DNA from: Candidatus Woesebacteria bacterium GW2011_GWB1_39_10
GTDB lineage: Bacteria > Patescibacteriota > Microgenomatia > UBA8517
Assembly (NCBI GenBank): GCA_000993205.1
Contig: LBVU01000001.1
Span: 74,155 to 123,412, forward strand
Length of the DNA: 49,258 nt
Reading direction: 5' to 3'
Every line of letters starts with the position of its first letter. Position 1 is the first letter of the stretch. The notes under the pieces are model-generated. The model did not search any database and was not told the origin of the DNA. It saw only the letters and a program-made list of their open reading frames with translations. The translations under genes and the position numbers were made by a program. Below, one piece after another: positions 1 through 9,979 of this stretch.

Positions 1-2
1 CT

Positions 3-167
3 TGGAAAATCTTTTTGAAGCAGACTAAAAAGGGGACATCCTTTATAGATTGTGCAAACTTGGCCGTTTGCACGAAACTTAAATTAGATGGAATCTTATC
101 TTTTGATGAGTTTTATCCGAAGGACAAACTTGTTTATTCGGAGGAATCGAAGCACGATGCAAAATAA
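3..167 (+). CDS. PIN-domain (VapC-like) toxin, C-terminal fragment; the 5' end lies outside the window
   Basis: Frame 3 is open from the window edge to TAA at 165-167. It reads ...KGTSFIDCANLAVCTKLKLDGILSFDEFYPKD... The xxDxxxxA and hhSFDxxF segments resemble the last two acidic motifs of PIN nucleases. It is absent from the ORF track because it has no start in the window. Confidence 0.45.
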   Translation, partial: WKIFLKQTKKGTSFIDCANLAVCTKLKLDGILSFDEFYPKDKLVYSEESKHDAK

Positions 168-456
168 AAAACAACTTACTTCCGTAGGGGACATATTGGG
201 AAAATATAAGCTAGATGATAAAAACAAGACAGTCTCCCGTGAATTTCAACTTTATGCCTACGACTTAGCTGTTGAATTAAACGATCTTGAACACAAATCC
301 TTGTATATGCGCCTTGCAAAAAACACTCCGAGGGGGTTGATGGAGGCCTCAAGATCTTTTGTGAAGGACGCTGCGAATGCTCGTTCTAAAGGACGCCTAT
401 TCATGTGGAAACTTGCCCAGCTCAAAGCTGGGAAAATAAGTACCAATGACAAATAA
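157..456 (+). CDS. hypothetical protein
   Basis: ORF track 88-456. The ATG at 157 (MQNKKQLTS...) overlaps the upstream stop and is the more plausible start. I recognise no motif. Confidence 0.5.
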   Translation: MQNKKQLTSVGDILGKYKLDDKNKTVSREFQLYAYDLAVELNDLEHKSLYMRLAKNTPRGLMEASRSFVKDAANARSKGRLFMWKLAQLKAGKISTNDK

Positions 457-524
457 GTACCAATACTATCAATAAATACCAATTTTAAATTCCCAATTGG
501 GACATGTTACAATGAAGTACTGCT

Positions 525-1058
525 ATGAGGAAAGAACTTTTTATACATTTTTCTTTCTGGTTTTCTTTCTTTGTTTTTATTACTATCGCCCGGCATTATT
601 TTGATTTTCTTTATTGGCCGATTTGGCTGGGGGGAGTTGTCGGGATGTTTTTGCCGGATATTGACCACATACTCTATGTTTTACTATTAAGGCCAGAGGA
701 GCTTACTTCCCAGCGTTTTGCATTTCTTTTAGGCAAAAAAGAGACATGGAGAGCGATTGAGATCCTTTATGAAACTAGAAGTGAGAGGAGAGGACTAATT
801 TTCCATACAATACTTTTCCAGCTTATATTTCTTGTTCTTACTTTTTGGATGGTAACATCATCGGGTTCAATTTTTGGCAAGGGACTTGCACTTTCTTTTG
901 CGATGCATTTGGTGGTGGATGAGATAGTTGATTTAACCGAGACGGGAAATCTTGATAACTGGTTGAAGCTTTCACCAATTAAGCTTGATTTGACTCAATC
1001 TAAAACCTATTGGGTGGTAATGTTGGGGCTGGTTCTACTGATGGGTCTTTTTATCTAG
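525..1058 (+). CDS. polytopic membrane protein, possibly a YdjM/DUF457-like membrane-bound metal-dependent hydrolase
   Basis: 177 aa with several hydrophobic helices, plus LPDIDH and HLVVDE motifs. The function call is weak. Confidence 0.6.
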   Translation: MRKELFIHFSFWFSFFVFITIARHYFDFLYWPIWLGGVVGMFLPDIDHILYVLLLRPEELTSQRFAFLLGKKETWRAIEILYETRSERRGLIFHTILFQLIFLVLTFWMVTSSGSIFGKGLALSFAMHLVVDEIVDLTETGNLDNWLKLSPIKLDLTQSKTYWVVMLGLVLLMGLFI

Positions 1059-2194
1059 GTTGAGGCACTTTCTTTGACTGCGTGTCCCACAGTCTCCGCT
1101 ACTCCTTCATCAAAAGGTCCAGGAACAATCTTCTCTGCTGTCGGGTTTTCAACGAGTTTTGCCAATGCTTCGGCTGCTGCGATTTTCATCTCCTTTGTAA
1201 TTTTTTTTGCTCGAATTTCTAAAGCACCCTTAAAAATTCCGGGGAATGCCAGGGAATTATTTACTTGATTTGGCATATCGCTTCTGCCGGTCGCGACGAT
1301 AGCAGCTCCGCCTTTTTTTGCTTCCTCGGGCATTATTTCCGGGACGGGATTTGCCATGGCAAAAACAATAGCACCTTTATTCATTAGCTTTATGTCTGCG
1401 CTTGTCAATAAATTTGCTTTTGAAACACCAATAAAAACATCGGCGTTTTTCATCGCGTCTTTTAAACCTCCGGAGAGGTTATTTTTATTTGTAACTTCAG
1501 TTAACAATTTTTTGTAGGGGTCAAGACCTGCCCTGTCAGTAGAAACTATTCCACGGCTATCTACAACGATTACATTTTTGACTTTTTCGGAGAGTAATTT
1601 TGAAATGGCATTTCCCGCCGCGCCCGCGCCGTTAACCACGACGGTTAAATCTTCCAGCTTTTTTCCAACTACCTTGGCCGCGTTGATAAGCCCCGCCAAA
1701 ACCACGACCGATGTTCCGTGTTGGTCGTCGTGCATAACAGGAATCCCCAAGTCTTGTAACGCATTTTCGATCTCGAAACATCTTGGAGCGGAAATATCCT
1801 CCAGGTTAATTCCACCAAAAACCGGAGAAATATTTTTAACGATGTTTATTATTTCAGACGGGACTTGGGTTTTTAGACAAATCGGAAAGGCATCGAGACC
1901 GGCAAATGTTTTAAAAAGTGCGGCCTTGCCCTCCATTACGGGAATTGCCGCTTCGGCCCCGATATTTCCAAGACCCAAGACGGCCGATCCATCGGAAACA
2001 ATAGCTACCGTATGAGATTTAATTGTATAGTCGAATATCTTTTCCGGATTTTTTGCAATTGCTTTAGAAACTTCCGCCACACCGGGTGTATAGGCAAGAG
2101 AGAGGTCTTCCTTGTTCTCGATTTTTGACGCAACCTCGATTTTTATTTTACCTTTATTTTTGGAGTGGAAGGTTAGTATTTTATCTATGTCCAT
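1055..2194 (-). CDS. NAD(P)-dependent malic enzyme (oxaloacetate-decarboxylating malate dehydrogenase)
   Basis: LSLAYTPGVAEV, VAIVSDGSAVLGLGNIG, GGINLEDI and the Rossmann motif VVNGAGAAG are hallmark short-form malic-enzyme motifs. Confidence 0.9.
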   Translation of the reverse strand: MDIDKILTFHSKNKGKIKIEVASKIENKEDLSLAYTPGVAEVSKAIAKNPEKIFDYTIKSHTVAIVSDGSAVLGLGNIGAEAAIPVMEGKAALFKTFAGLDAFPICLKTQVPSEIINIVKNISPVFGGINLEDISAPRCFEIENALQDLGIPVMHDDQHGTSVVVLAGLINAAKVVGKKLEDLTVVVNGAGAAGNAISKLLSEKVKNVIVVDSRGIVSTDRAGLDPYKKLLTEVTNKNNLSGGLKDAMKNADVFIGVSKANLLTSADIKLMNKGAIVFAMANPVPEIMPEEAKKGGAAIVATGRSDMPNQVNNSLAFPGIFKGALEIRAKKITKEMKIAAAEALAKLVENPTAEKIVPGPFDEGVAETVGHAVKESAST

Positions 2195-2205
2195 GAAGTT
2201 TTATT

Positions 2206-2772
2206 TTACTCTTTACAACAGTCTATTGCTTTTTGGACTACTTTACCAAGCTTGGAGAAAACCGATTCGGTTCCCTTCGATTTTCCTTTTTCATCAATAA
2301 AATTTACTTCTTTATTGTTATTAGATATTAGTTTTGAATTATTAGATAGATTTAGGCCCCAGAATAAGGAATAAAGTTGGTACGATTTTTCAAATAGTTC
2401 CTCAGACTTATTTATTCCTTCGACTCGCTTCGCTCGCTCAGGACCTCGCAAAGCCTCGGCTTTCTTTAATTCTTTTGTTCCCACCTCCATTATTCTCATG
2501 CTAGCTGCCAATAAGTGTTTGCTTATGCACCAAACTTCGCCTTCGTAATCTTTAATTATTTCGCGCATTAGTTCGGTTCTCATCTTACGGACTTCATTAA
2601 GTAGTTCGAGATATTTAGGAGATTTAGTTTTGTTGTAAGTGAAAAACAAATGTTCTTCAATCGAAATCAAATTCATTATTCCAATCGATAGGTCTTCGCC
2701 GGAGGAAAGATCGATGTTTTGATCAATTTTAAAATCGCTGACTTTATTTACAAGATCTTTATAATTTTTCAT
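2206..2772 (-). CDS. hypothetical protein (contains an in-frame REP-like repeat copy)
   Basis: 188-aa ORF with no recognised motif. The segment AEALRGPERAKRVEG is encoded by the dispersed repeat at 2417-2444. Confidence 0.5.
   Translation of the reverse strand: MKNYKDLVNKVSDFKIDQNIDLSSGEDLSIGIMNLISIEEHLFFTYNKTKSPKYLELLNEVRKMRTELMREIIKDYEGEVWCISKHLLAASMRIMEVGTKELKKAEALRGPERAKRVEGINKSEELFEKSYQLYSLFWGLNLSNNSKLISNNNKEVNFIDEKGKSKGTESVFSKLGKVVQKAIDCCKE
2417..2444. repeat. REP-like dispersed repeat, copy A (CCTTCGACTC...CGCTCAGGAC)
   Basis: The exact 10-mer CCTTCGACTC plus CGCTCAGGAC also occur at 29956-29996. The 10-mer occurs again at 36024-36033, and GCTCAGG variants occur at 35373 onward and 36051 onward. 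Confidence 0.6.
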
Positions 2773-2809
2773 AAAAATTTCAAGCTATGCTTATATGTTT
2801 TAATTACCT

Positions 2810-3226
2810 TCATTTAATTAGCAAATATGAAACAAGAGTGGCTAACAAAAGGCTCAAGACTGGAAATACAACCTTTTGAAACGGAAAGAAGATTTTACCA
2901 TACTTTTTCCTCTGGAGTTTGTCCGCATATACCCCGATTAAGAAAAACACCGACCCGACCAATGTTCCGTAAATAATTCTGGTTATCGTCGGAGTTTTAT
3001 AAAGAGGTGCTATGGCCAAAATATACATTGAAACAAAGATTGTCCACTGCCACTTTTTTGCATTCCATTTTGGCCATTTTTTAACTATCCAATCAATTGT
3101 TATAAACGAAAATGACAATATAAATCCGCCGATCCAAATTGAAGTTAATAGATCGTCTATCCCAAGAAGTCTTGAGATTCCTAAACCTGCAACGACGGTA
3201 ACTGTACATACGGGACACATATTCAA
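2810..3226 (-). CDS. small membrane protein with an N-terminal CxxC (MNMCPVCT)
   Basis: 138 aa with about 4 TM helices and a Cys pair at the N-terminus. It lies directly downstream of an HMA chaperone gene. Confidence 0.55.
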   Translation of the reverse strand: MNMCPVCTVTVVAGLGISRLLGIDDLLTSIWIGGFILSFSFITIDWIVKKWPKWNAKKWQWTIFVSMYILAIAPLYKTPTITRIIYGTLVGSVFFLIGVYADKLQRKKYGKIFFPFQKVVFPVLSLLLATLVSYLLIK

Positions 3227-3259
3227 TTAATTATTAATTATCAATTTACAATTTACAAT
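3225..3259. repeat. degenerate heptamer tandem array (5 units: aattaat tattaat tatcaat ttacaat ttacaat)
   Basis: The 7-nt period can be read directly. It lies in the spacer between two minus-strand genes. Confidence 0.7.
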
Positions 3260-3450
3260 TAGGAAAGGGAATAGCCGGATTTTTTAACTACTTCAACAAC
3301 ATTTTTCTTATCATGATCTCCCTCAATTTCCAAAGCTCCTTTTGCGTAAGAACACTTGGCCGTTATTCCGGCATCTTCCAGGTCCAGTTCTATCATTGAT
3401 GCGCAGCTTGGGCAATGCATACCTTCAATTTTGTATATCGTTTTGTTCAT
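3259..3450 (-). CDS. copZ: heavy-metal-associated (HMA) copper chaperone, CopZ-like
   Basis: 63 aa with the GMHCPSCA metal-binding loop of the HMA fold. Confidence 0.85.
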   Translation of the reverse strand: MNKTIYKIEGMHCPSCASMIELDLEDAGITAKCSYAKGALEIEGDHDKKNVVEVVKKSGYSLS

Positions 3451-3459
3451 ATCAATAAA

Positions 3460-3557
3460 TCCGAAATTCGAATATCGAAATTCTAAACAAATTCAAAATT
3501 CTAATTTATGAAATTTAAACCTTGTTTCGGATTTCGTATTTGGTGCTTCGGATTTTC
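3460..3557. repeat. heptamer-periodic intergenic array with two inverted halves (TTCGAAA-type, then NNTTTCG-type)
   Basis: About 14 consecutive 7-nt units: tccgaaa ttcgaat atcgaaa ttctaaa ... tgtttcg gatttcg tatttgg tgcttcg gattttc. Confidence 0.65.
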
Positions 3558-4554
3558 ATTTAATCACATTAAATGATCCCGAGTACATTCCCATACTGCA
3601 AGTATAAGTTAATTGCCCTAAAGTTTCGGGGGTAAATTCAAACACAGTTGTTCCTGTAACAGGTAGAACCTTGGAGTAATTCAATGAGGGGATAATAAAT
3701 GCTCTGGCGCAACTCAAGACATTGTTTGTTATAAGAGTCAACTTTACGGGAATCCCGAGTTTTAATGTGTTAACGTCTGTTTTGTATCCTCCGCTTGTAA
3801 CAGTAATTGTCACTTCCTGTTTGCCGTTTATGATCAATGTTTGACTAATGGCGGGGTTTGATCCTGTCACGACTTTCCAATAGTTCTGCAGAGTATGGGC
3901 GGATCCTCTAATAATCTGTCCGCTGTTGACAGAGATGATTCCCAATATAGTTATGAAAAGCGCGGCAATAATGGCGAAAGACTTGTTTTTAAGAAGCTCT
4001 GTGGCAGCTAGCCCAACGAGAAAGAATACGGGGCTTGTTCCCAAAACAAAAAAGAACATTATCCCCGCTCCCCATACAGCGCCACCAGAAGCAATTGCCA
4101 GAAGCATCATGGCCTGAGTCACTCCACAGGGGATAAGGATTGTCAGAAAACCCAAAAAGGCTGGGGCAAAAAATGATTTAACTTGAGAACTTTTTCTGAC
4201 CAGTTTTAATAATGCAGTGGGTGGTTGTATTACAAAATATTTGAATATCGGGTGGAGGTCCAAAAGTCTGGCGGCGGTAGCCAGCATGTAAAACCCTACC
4301 AAAATTTGTAGCCACCCCTGAAATTTTGGAGATATAATTATTGCTGAACCCAAGGCGCCCAGGATAAAACCCAGCAGAGTATAGGCCAGAAGTTTGGCGG
4401 CAAGGAACATCAAAATACTTTTCTCTTTAATATATTTGACATCTCCGATTCCTTCTTGAGCCAAGGCGGCAGTTAAGAGACCTCCCTGTACCGCGAAACA
4501 GGAAAGTCCGCCGGCAGTGATTCCCGTGATTAACGCCAGCCAGAAATTTGACAT
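3556..4554 (-). CDS. TauE/SafE- or DsbD_2/UreH-like permease fused to a C-terminal cupredoxin-like domain
   Basis: There are about 6 TM helices with GGLSCFAVQGG and ILIPCGVTQAM motifs. The C-terminal beta domain ends in YTCSMGMYSGSFNVI. It is a paralog of the core of 4630-6378. Confidence 0.75.
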   Translation of the reverse strand: MSNFWLALITGITAGGLSCFAVQGGLLTAALAQEGIGDVKYIKEKSILMFLAAKLLAYTLLGFILGALGSAIIISPKFQGWLQILVGFYMLATAARLLDLHPIFKYFVIQPPTALLKLVRKSSQVKSFFAPAFLGFLTILIPCGVTQAMMLLAIASGGAVWGAGIMFFFVLGTSPVFFLVGLAATELLKNKSFAIIAALFITILGIISVNSGQIIRGSAHTLQNYWKVVTGSNPAISQTLIINGKQEVTITVTSGGYKTDVNTLKLGIPVKLTLITNNVLSCARAFIIPSLNYSKVLPVTGTTVFEFTPETLGQLTYTCSMGMYSGSFNVIK

Positions 4555-4588
4555 TAGAAAATTTTACCACAAAAATACCGGTCAGATA

Positions 4589-4605
4589 TCTTCACTAAAT
4601 CTTAA
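4589..4605 (+). promoter_or_regulatory. direct-repeat box TCTTCA-N5-TCTTAA (site 1), candidate response-regulator site
   Basis: The hexamers are 11 bp apart. The box ends 24 nt before the ATG at 4630. TAGTAT lies at 4615-4620 and there is no SD. Sites 2 and 3 have the same architecture. Confidence 0.6.
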
Positions 4606-4629
4606 CAACCTCTTTAGTATGCTCATTCT

Positions 4630-6378
4630 ATGGCTAACGAAAAAATCCACATTGCAGGCATGCATTGCAGATCCTGCGAGATTTTAATTGAAGAAGAACT
4701 AAAAAAGATAAAGGGTGTTGGTGACGTCTCTGTTAGCCATAGTGACGGTACCGCTGATATCGTTTTTACCGATACACTTAATAAATTTGATGTGAAATGC
4801 GCCGTGGAAAATGCTGGCTATTGCATAGGAGAAAATGCGAAATTGCCATTTATATCCAGAGATAAAAAGGACTACATAGAGCTTGGATTAGCTTTTTTTA
4901 TTGCAACTGCATTTTTTTTGATCGCCCGAAGCTTGGGATTGTTTGAATTGGCAGGCTCTGTTAAAGGAAGTTATTCTTCACTTCCCGTAGTTTTCATAAT
5001 CGGGCTAACTGCAGGAATATCGACCTGTATGGCTCTAGTTGGAGGATTAGTTCTTGGAATGTCTGCTAAGTTTTCAAAACAAAACCCGGAAGCCAGTGGA
5101 ATAGACAAATTCGTTCCGCATGTTTATTTTAACTTAGGCAGGATTGTTTCTTATTTTGTTTTTGGAGGAATAATTGGTTTTGCAGGATCATTTTTCCAAT
5201 TATCAACCTCCGTACTCGGACTTTTAACAGTCGCAGTTGGGCTTGTGATGCTGCTTTTAGGCAGTCAGTTAATAGATATATTTCCATTTCTTAAAACAAT
5301 ATCATTTACGCTTCCGAAAAGTTTCCACAAATTTTTGGGGGTAAAAGAAAAAACCGAAGCAGAATATAGCAATAAGAATGCTTCAATTCTTGGCGCGTCT
5401 ACTTTCTTTCTCCCTTGTGGTTTTACTCAAGCGATGCAACTTTACGCAATCAGTACCGGAAGCCCTCTTCAGGGAGCTCTGACTTTAGGTGTTTTTGCAT
5501 TGGGAACGACACCCGGCCTTTTAGGAGTGGGAGGTCTTACGTCGGTGGTTAGTGGAGGATCTTCTAAATTATTTTTCAAAACGGCAGGAGTAATAGTGAT
5601 GCTTTTGGCACTTTTCAATGTTTCTAATGGTCTAAATTTATTAGGAGTTAAATCGGTGTTTGCTAATACAAAAACTGATTCTTTAGATAAGAATGTAAAA
5701 ATTGTAAATGGCGTTCAGGTAATTAAGATGACTCAAAAATCAAATGGCTATACACCAGATAAATTTACAGTTAAAAAAGGAGTTCCCGTTAAGTGGATTG
5801 TAACTTCAGAAACTATTTATTCGTGTGCGAGTAGTATTGTCTCCCAACAGTTGGGTATCAGAAGCAGCCTGAAGTTGGGTGAAAACGTATTCGAATTTAC
5901 ACCAACTCAAACAGGAACAATAAGATTTTCATGCAGCATGGGAATGTATACAGGACAATTTAATGTTGTTGATGGTAACGTCCTTCCAACAAATTCTCCA
6001 AGCACTCCATCCTGTGGCGGTAGTGGTGGCGGAGGTTGTGGTTGCGGAGGCGGAGCCAAGAATACAATTGTTCCGACAACGGGTGAGGTATCAACAGTCG
6101 ACAAGACTCAAATACTAAAAGCTACATACTCTGTGAGTACCGATATCACACCAAATAAATTTACAGTCAAAAAAGGAGTCCCTGTTAGATTTGAAGTTCT
6201 GGCAAAAGAAAATGGGCAAGGGTGTATGGGAAGTGTTGCTATTCCGGGACTTACTGATAAAGTTGATGGATTTCAGGCCGGTCAAAGCATAGTCTTTGAA
6301 TTTACACCCACCACAACAGGTACATATCCAATTACTTGTGCCATGGGAGTTCCAAGAGGAGACATTACAGTTAATTAA
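4630..6378 (+). CDS. HMA domain + DsbD_2/TauE-like permease + two cupredoxin-like domains (fusion protein)
   Basis: The N-terminus carries GMHCRSCE. The TM core carries GISTCMALVGG and FFLPCGFTQAM. A Gly/Cys linker CGGSGGGGCGCGGG follows. The two C-terminal domains end in FSCSMGMYTGQFNVV and ITCAMGVPRGDITV. Confidence 0.8.
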   Translation: MANEKIHIAGMHCRSCEILIEEELKKIKGVGDVSVSHSDGTADIVFTDTLNKFDVKCAVENAGYCIGENAKLPFISRDKKDYIELGLAFFIATAFFLIARSLGLFELAGSVKGSYSSLPVVFIIGLTAGISTCMALVGGLVLGMSAKFSKQNPEASGIDKFVPHVYFNLGRIVSYFVFGGIIGFAGSFFQLSTSVLGLLTVAVGLVMLLLGSQLIDIFPFLKTISFTLPKSFHKFLGVKEKTEAEYSNKNASILGASTFFLPCGFTQAMQLYAISTGSPLQGALTLGVFALGTTPGLLGVGGLTSVVSGGSSKLFFKTAGVIVMLLALFNVSNGLNLLGVKSVFANTKTDSLDKNVKIVNGVQVIKMTQKSNGYTPDKFTVKKGVPVKWIVTSETIYSCASSIVSQQLGIRSSLKLGENVFEFTPTQTGTIRFSCSMGMYTGQFNVVDGNVLPTNSPSTPSCGGSGGGGCGCGGGAKNTIVPTTGEVSTVDKTQILKATYSVSTDITPNKFTVKKGVPVRFEVLAKENGQGCMGSVAIPGLTDKVDGFQAGQSIVFEFTPTTTGTYPITCAMGVPRGDITVN

Positions 6379-6382
6379 AGAC

Positions 6383-6586
6383 ATGCAAACACAAACAGTA
6401 AATATTACAGGAACGACTTGTCCAGCTTGTAAAAAGCTAATAGAAAAAAGAATCTTCACGATATCTGATATTACTGGGGTCAATGTTGACTTTAAGTCAG
6501 GGAAAAGTGTTATTGAATCAAATCGACCAATTAGTAAAGAGGAGATAAATAAAGTTTTAGAAGAACTACCCTACGAGGCCAATTAA
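6383..6586 (+). CDS. small HMA-like metal-binding protein
   Basis: The internal ATG of track ORF 6296-6586 lies just after the upstream stop. The product reads MQTQTVNITGTTCPACKKLIE..., with a CxxC in the HMA position. Confidence 0.65.
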   Translation: MQTQTVNITGTTCPACKKLIEKRIFTISDITGVNVDFKSGKSVIESNRPISKEEINKVLEELPYEAN

Positions 6587-6589
6587 ATT

Positions 6590-9340
6590 ATGAAAAAAGT
6601 TGAACTACAAATAAAAGGCATGCATTGTTCGTCCTGCGAAATGTTGATAAAGGATGAACTATCTTCTATGGATGGAATAACAGATATTGTAGTAAACAGT
6701 AAGACCGGCAAAGCTTCTCTTAACCTAAAAAACGGCGATATAAGTGATTTAATGATTTTGGACGCTATTAAAAATGCCGGATATCAGGGATCAATCGTAA
6801 ATCCCTCACCGGTTTTTAACTCAAATACCTTTACACTCCCTCCGGAAATTAATTTCGATGCAAAAATTAGCAAAGATGAAAATGGAGAATTACATATTAG
6901 CGGAAAGTTAAATCTATCAAAACAAAACGAACCGGAAGTTTTAAGTGAAACATCAAATGAAAATACGGAAGATCAAGGAAATGGTAGAACAAATTTGTTA
7001 ATTTCCGGGATGCACTGCACATCCTGCGCGGGTTTGATTGAAAAACAACTCAAAAAAGTTCAGGGCGTTTCTGAGGCTAGAGTTAATTTTGCTTCTGAAA
7101 AAGCATCAATTGTGTACGACTCTAATGTAAGCAAACTTGAAGATCTTGTCAAGGCCGTAGAAAAAGCAGGATATTCAGCTCAACCGGAAACTGAAGAGCT
7201 ATCGAAAAATCAGTCGGTGAGACAGGAAGAAGAAATTAAAAATCAGTGGAGCAAGTTTGTGTTGAGCTTTCTTTTATCAGCGCCAATGATTTATTTTATG
7301 TTTCTCGACTTCTTTAAATTTTTGCCGGGGGGAACTCTTCTACTTCCTTATATTGGCATAATTTCTTTTATTCTGGCAACTCCAGTCCAATTTTATATCG
7401 GGGCGGGTTTCTATAAAGGAATGGTTTCGGCACTTCGAATGAAAACATTCAATATGGATAGTTTAATTGCCATTGGAACGTCGGTGGCTTTCTTTTATAG
7501 CGTTGTTAACTTTATGACTTACTATGCAGTTAATAACTCAATTATTGGACTGGCGGGCGCTAAAATCCCCGATCTTTATTTTGAAACTGCTGCATTTTTG
7601 ATTACGTTTGTACTTTTAGGAAAGTTTTTAGAAGCTAAGGCAAAAGGCAGAACTTCTGAAGCAATAAAGAAATTAATGGGTTTACAAGCAAAGACGGCTA
7701 GAGTAATAAGGAATTGGCAAACTTTGGATATTCCGGTTGATCAAGTTGTTAAGGACGATATTATAGTCGTACGCCCCGGTGAAAAAGTACCAGTTGATGG
7801 AGTGATAACCAAAGGATCATCTGCAATTGACGAATCCATGATTACCGGTGAAAGTTTGCCCGTTGAAAAACATATCGATGACAACGTAATTGGAGGAACT
7901 ATAAATAAACTTGGTAGTTTTGAATTTTGTGCGACCAGAATCGGTTCTGAAACCACTCTTTCTCAAATAATTAGATTAGTCGAAGATGCACAGGGATCCA
8001 AAGCCCCAATTCAAGCAGTTGCCGACAAAATTTCTGCTTGGTTTGTCCCTGCTGTAATAGCAGTTGCCACATTAACTTTCATTGTTTGGTTCTTTGTTTT
8101 AGGATCTAGTTTGGCATTCGCGCTTATGGCCTTTACTGCGGTAATAGTTATCGCGTGTCCTTGCGCATTGGGACTTGCTACACCCACCGCAATCATGGTC
8201 GGGACCGGAGTCGGCGCAGAGCATGGAATTTTGGTTAAGGGTGGGGAACCGTTGGAGAGCGCCAGCAAGATTAACACAATTGTTTTTGATAAAACCGGAA
8301 CAATCACAAAGGGTAAACCGGAAGTAACAGATATTGAAGATTTATCCGACTTGGATGAAGAAGAAGTGTTGACGATCGCTGCGAGTTTAGAAAAACAGTC
8401 TGAACACCCCCTTGCCGAGGCAATTGTAAATTATGCAGAAGTGGAAAAATTTGCACTGAGCGGGGTTGTTGGGTTTGAGGCAATTCCGGGACATGGAGTT
8501 AAAGGAAAAATCGGCAAAACTGATTACTATTTGGGAAATCGTAAATTAATGATCGACAAACTAAATTTAGATATAGATAAATTTGAAAGAAAGTTGGAAA
8601 GACTTGAGGACGCGGGAAAAACTGCAATGATTTTGGCTGACAAAAAAGGAATTTTGGGAATCGTGGCCGTTGCCGATACCGTCAAAGAGACTTCAAAAGA
8701 AGCGGTAGAGATGCTTAAAGGCAGCGGGATCGAAGTTTGGATGATTACTGGGGACAACCTGCGAACCGCAAACGCTATTGCGATGCAGGTCGGAATTACA
8801 AACATCTTGGCGGAGGTGTTGCCCGGTGAAAAAGCAGAAAGGATAAAGGAATTGCAAGGAGGTCTACCTGCCGGCAGGCGGGTAGCGATGGTGGGGGACG
8901 GCATTAACGATGCCCCCGCGCTTGCCCAGGCTGACCTGGGGATAGCAATGGGATCAGGAACCGATGTTGCTATGGAAACAGGTGGAATAGTTATTATCAA
9001 AAACGATTTGAGGGATGTTGTAAACGCTTTGGATTTATCTAAAACTACAGTCTCTAAAATACGACAAAATATGTTTTTTGCGCTTTTCTATAACGTAATC
9101 GGTATTCCAGTTGCCGCCAGAGTTTTCGCTTTTATGGGACTTATTCTTAAGCCCGAACTTGCAGGGCTTGCAATGGCATTAAGCTCTGTTTCGGTTGTAG
9201 GCAATTCGTTGCTTTTAAGAAAATACCAACCGGGCAAAAAGAATTATTTATCGATGTATGCCCCATATGCAATGATGCTAGCGTTTACATTCTTATTCTT
9301 TGAGTTTGCCCGCTTCAGCTCTTCAGGGATGGGGAAATAA
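6590..9340 (+). CDS. copA: copper-translocating P1B-type ATPase with two N-terminal HMA domains
   Basis: GMHCSSCE and [15 protein letters not shown], the CPC motif [18 protein letters not shown] and [10 protein letters not shown]. Confidence 0.95.
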   Translation: MKKVELQIKGMHCSSCEMLIKDELSSMDGITDIVVNSKTGKASLNLKNGDISDLMILDAIKNAGYQGSIVNPSPVFNSNTFTLPPEINFDAKISKDENGELHISGKLNLSKQNEPEVLSETSNENTEDQGNGRTNLLISGMHCTSCAGLIEKQLKKVQGVSEARVNFASEKASIVYDSNVSKLEDLVKAVEKAGYSAQPETEELSKNQSVRQEEEIKNQWSKFVLSFLLSAPMIYFMFLDFFKFLPGGTLLLPYIGIISFILATPVQFYIGAGFYKGMVSALRMKTFNMDSLIAIGTSVAFFYSVVNFMTYYAVNNSIIGLAGAKIPDLYFETAAFLITFVLLGKFLEAKAKGRTSEAIKKLMGLQAKTARVIRNWQTLDIPVDQVVKDDIIVVRPGEKVPVDGVITKGSSAIDESMITGESLPVEKHIDDNVIGGTINKLGSFEFCATRIGSETTLSQIIRLVEDAQGSKAPIQAVADKISAWFVPAVIAVATLTFIVWFFVLGSSLAFALMAFTAVIVIACPCALGLATPTAIMVGTGVGAEHGILVKGGEPLESASKINTIVFDKTGTITKGKPEVTDIEDLSDLDEEEVLTIAASLEKQSEHPLAEAIVNYAEVEKFALSGVVGFEAIPGHGVKGKIGKTDYYLGNRKLMIDKLNLDIDKFERKLERLEDAGKTAMILADKKGILGIVAVADTVKETSKEAVEMLKGSGIEVWMITGDNLRTANAIAMQVGITNILAEVLPGEKAERIKELQGGLPAGRRVAMVGDGINDAPALAQADLGIAMGSGTDVAMETGGIVIIKNDLRDVVNALDLSKTTVSKIRQNMFFALFYNVIGIPVAARVFAFMGLILKPELAGLAMALSSVSVVGNSLLLRKYQPGKKNYLSMYAPYAMMLAFTFLFFEFARFSSSGMGK

Positions 9341-9391
9341 TGACAATTTTCTTGACTTGACTTCGTATTTTGTTTGGGATATGTTTAATTT

Positions 9392-9921
9392 ATGACCATC
9401 GAAATGGGTACCAAAATTGCAATTTTTAAAGGTAAAAACATTCGCAAAACTATTTGTAAAAATGAATGGTGGTTTGTGGTAGAAGATGTGGTTTTAGCTT
9501 TGATTGACTCAAATGACCCCAAACAGTATGTCCAACGAATGAAACTGAGAGATCCCGAGCTTGTAAAAGGGTGGGTACAATTTGTACATACCCTTTCAAT
9601 TAATACTCTTGAAGGTAAACAGAATATGAATTGTGCAAATACAGAGGGTATCTTTCGCATTGTTCAATCAGTTCCGTCTCCAAAACCGAACCATTCAAGC
9701 GTTGGCTAGCCAAAGTTGGTTACGAGCGCGTAACAACAGAAATCTCACAACAAGAAAAACCAAATACATTTATTAAAAACAAAAAAATAGCAAAAAGAGG
9801 AGGAAATGTTGCCGGAAACGCTAGAAAACAAACAGAAAAAGAACTAGGTAGACCACTCGTTTCAAAAGAAAATTACCTATCAAAACCGGAAGATAGAAAA
9901 AACTTAAAGAATACCTGGTGA
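9392..9921 (+). pseudogene. Bro-N domain (phage antirepressor-like / DinD-like) gene with a +1 frameshift
   Basis: ORF 9392-9709 ends in ...NTEGIFRIVQSVPSPKPNHSSVG*. ORF 9631-9921 in the +1 frame continues with the expected EPFKRWLAKVGYERV... The break lies in ccaaaaccgaacc near 9675-9690. Confidence 0.7.
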
Positions 9922-9979
9922 ATAAATGACTGGTTTTCAACCCACCAATTATTTGCTATTATTTAACGTTTTGATCTTC

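Noticed and set aside
5752-6186. Near-identical 39-nt segments (5752-5790 and 6148-6186) as a possible template/variable repeat pair of a diversity-generating retroelement
   Set aside because: No reverse transcriptase is in the window. The four differences are not adenine-specific. The segments correspond to the same position in two tandem cupredoxin domains, so this is an internal domain duplication.
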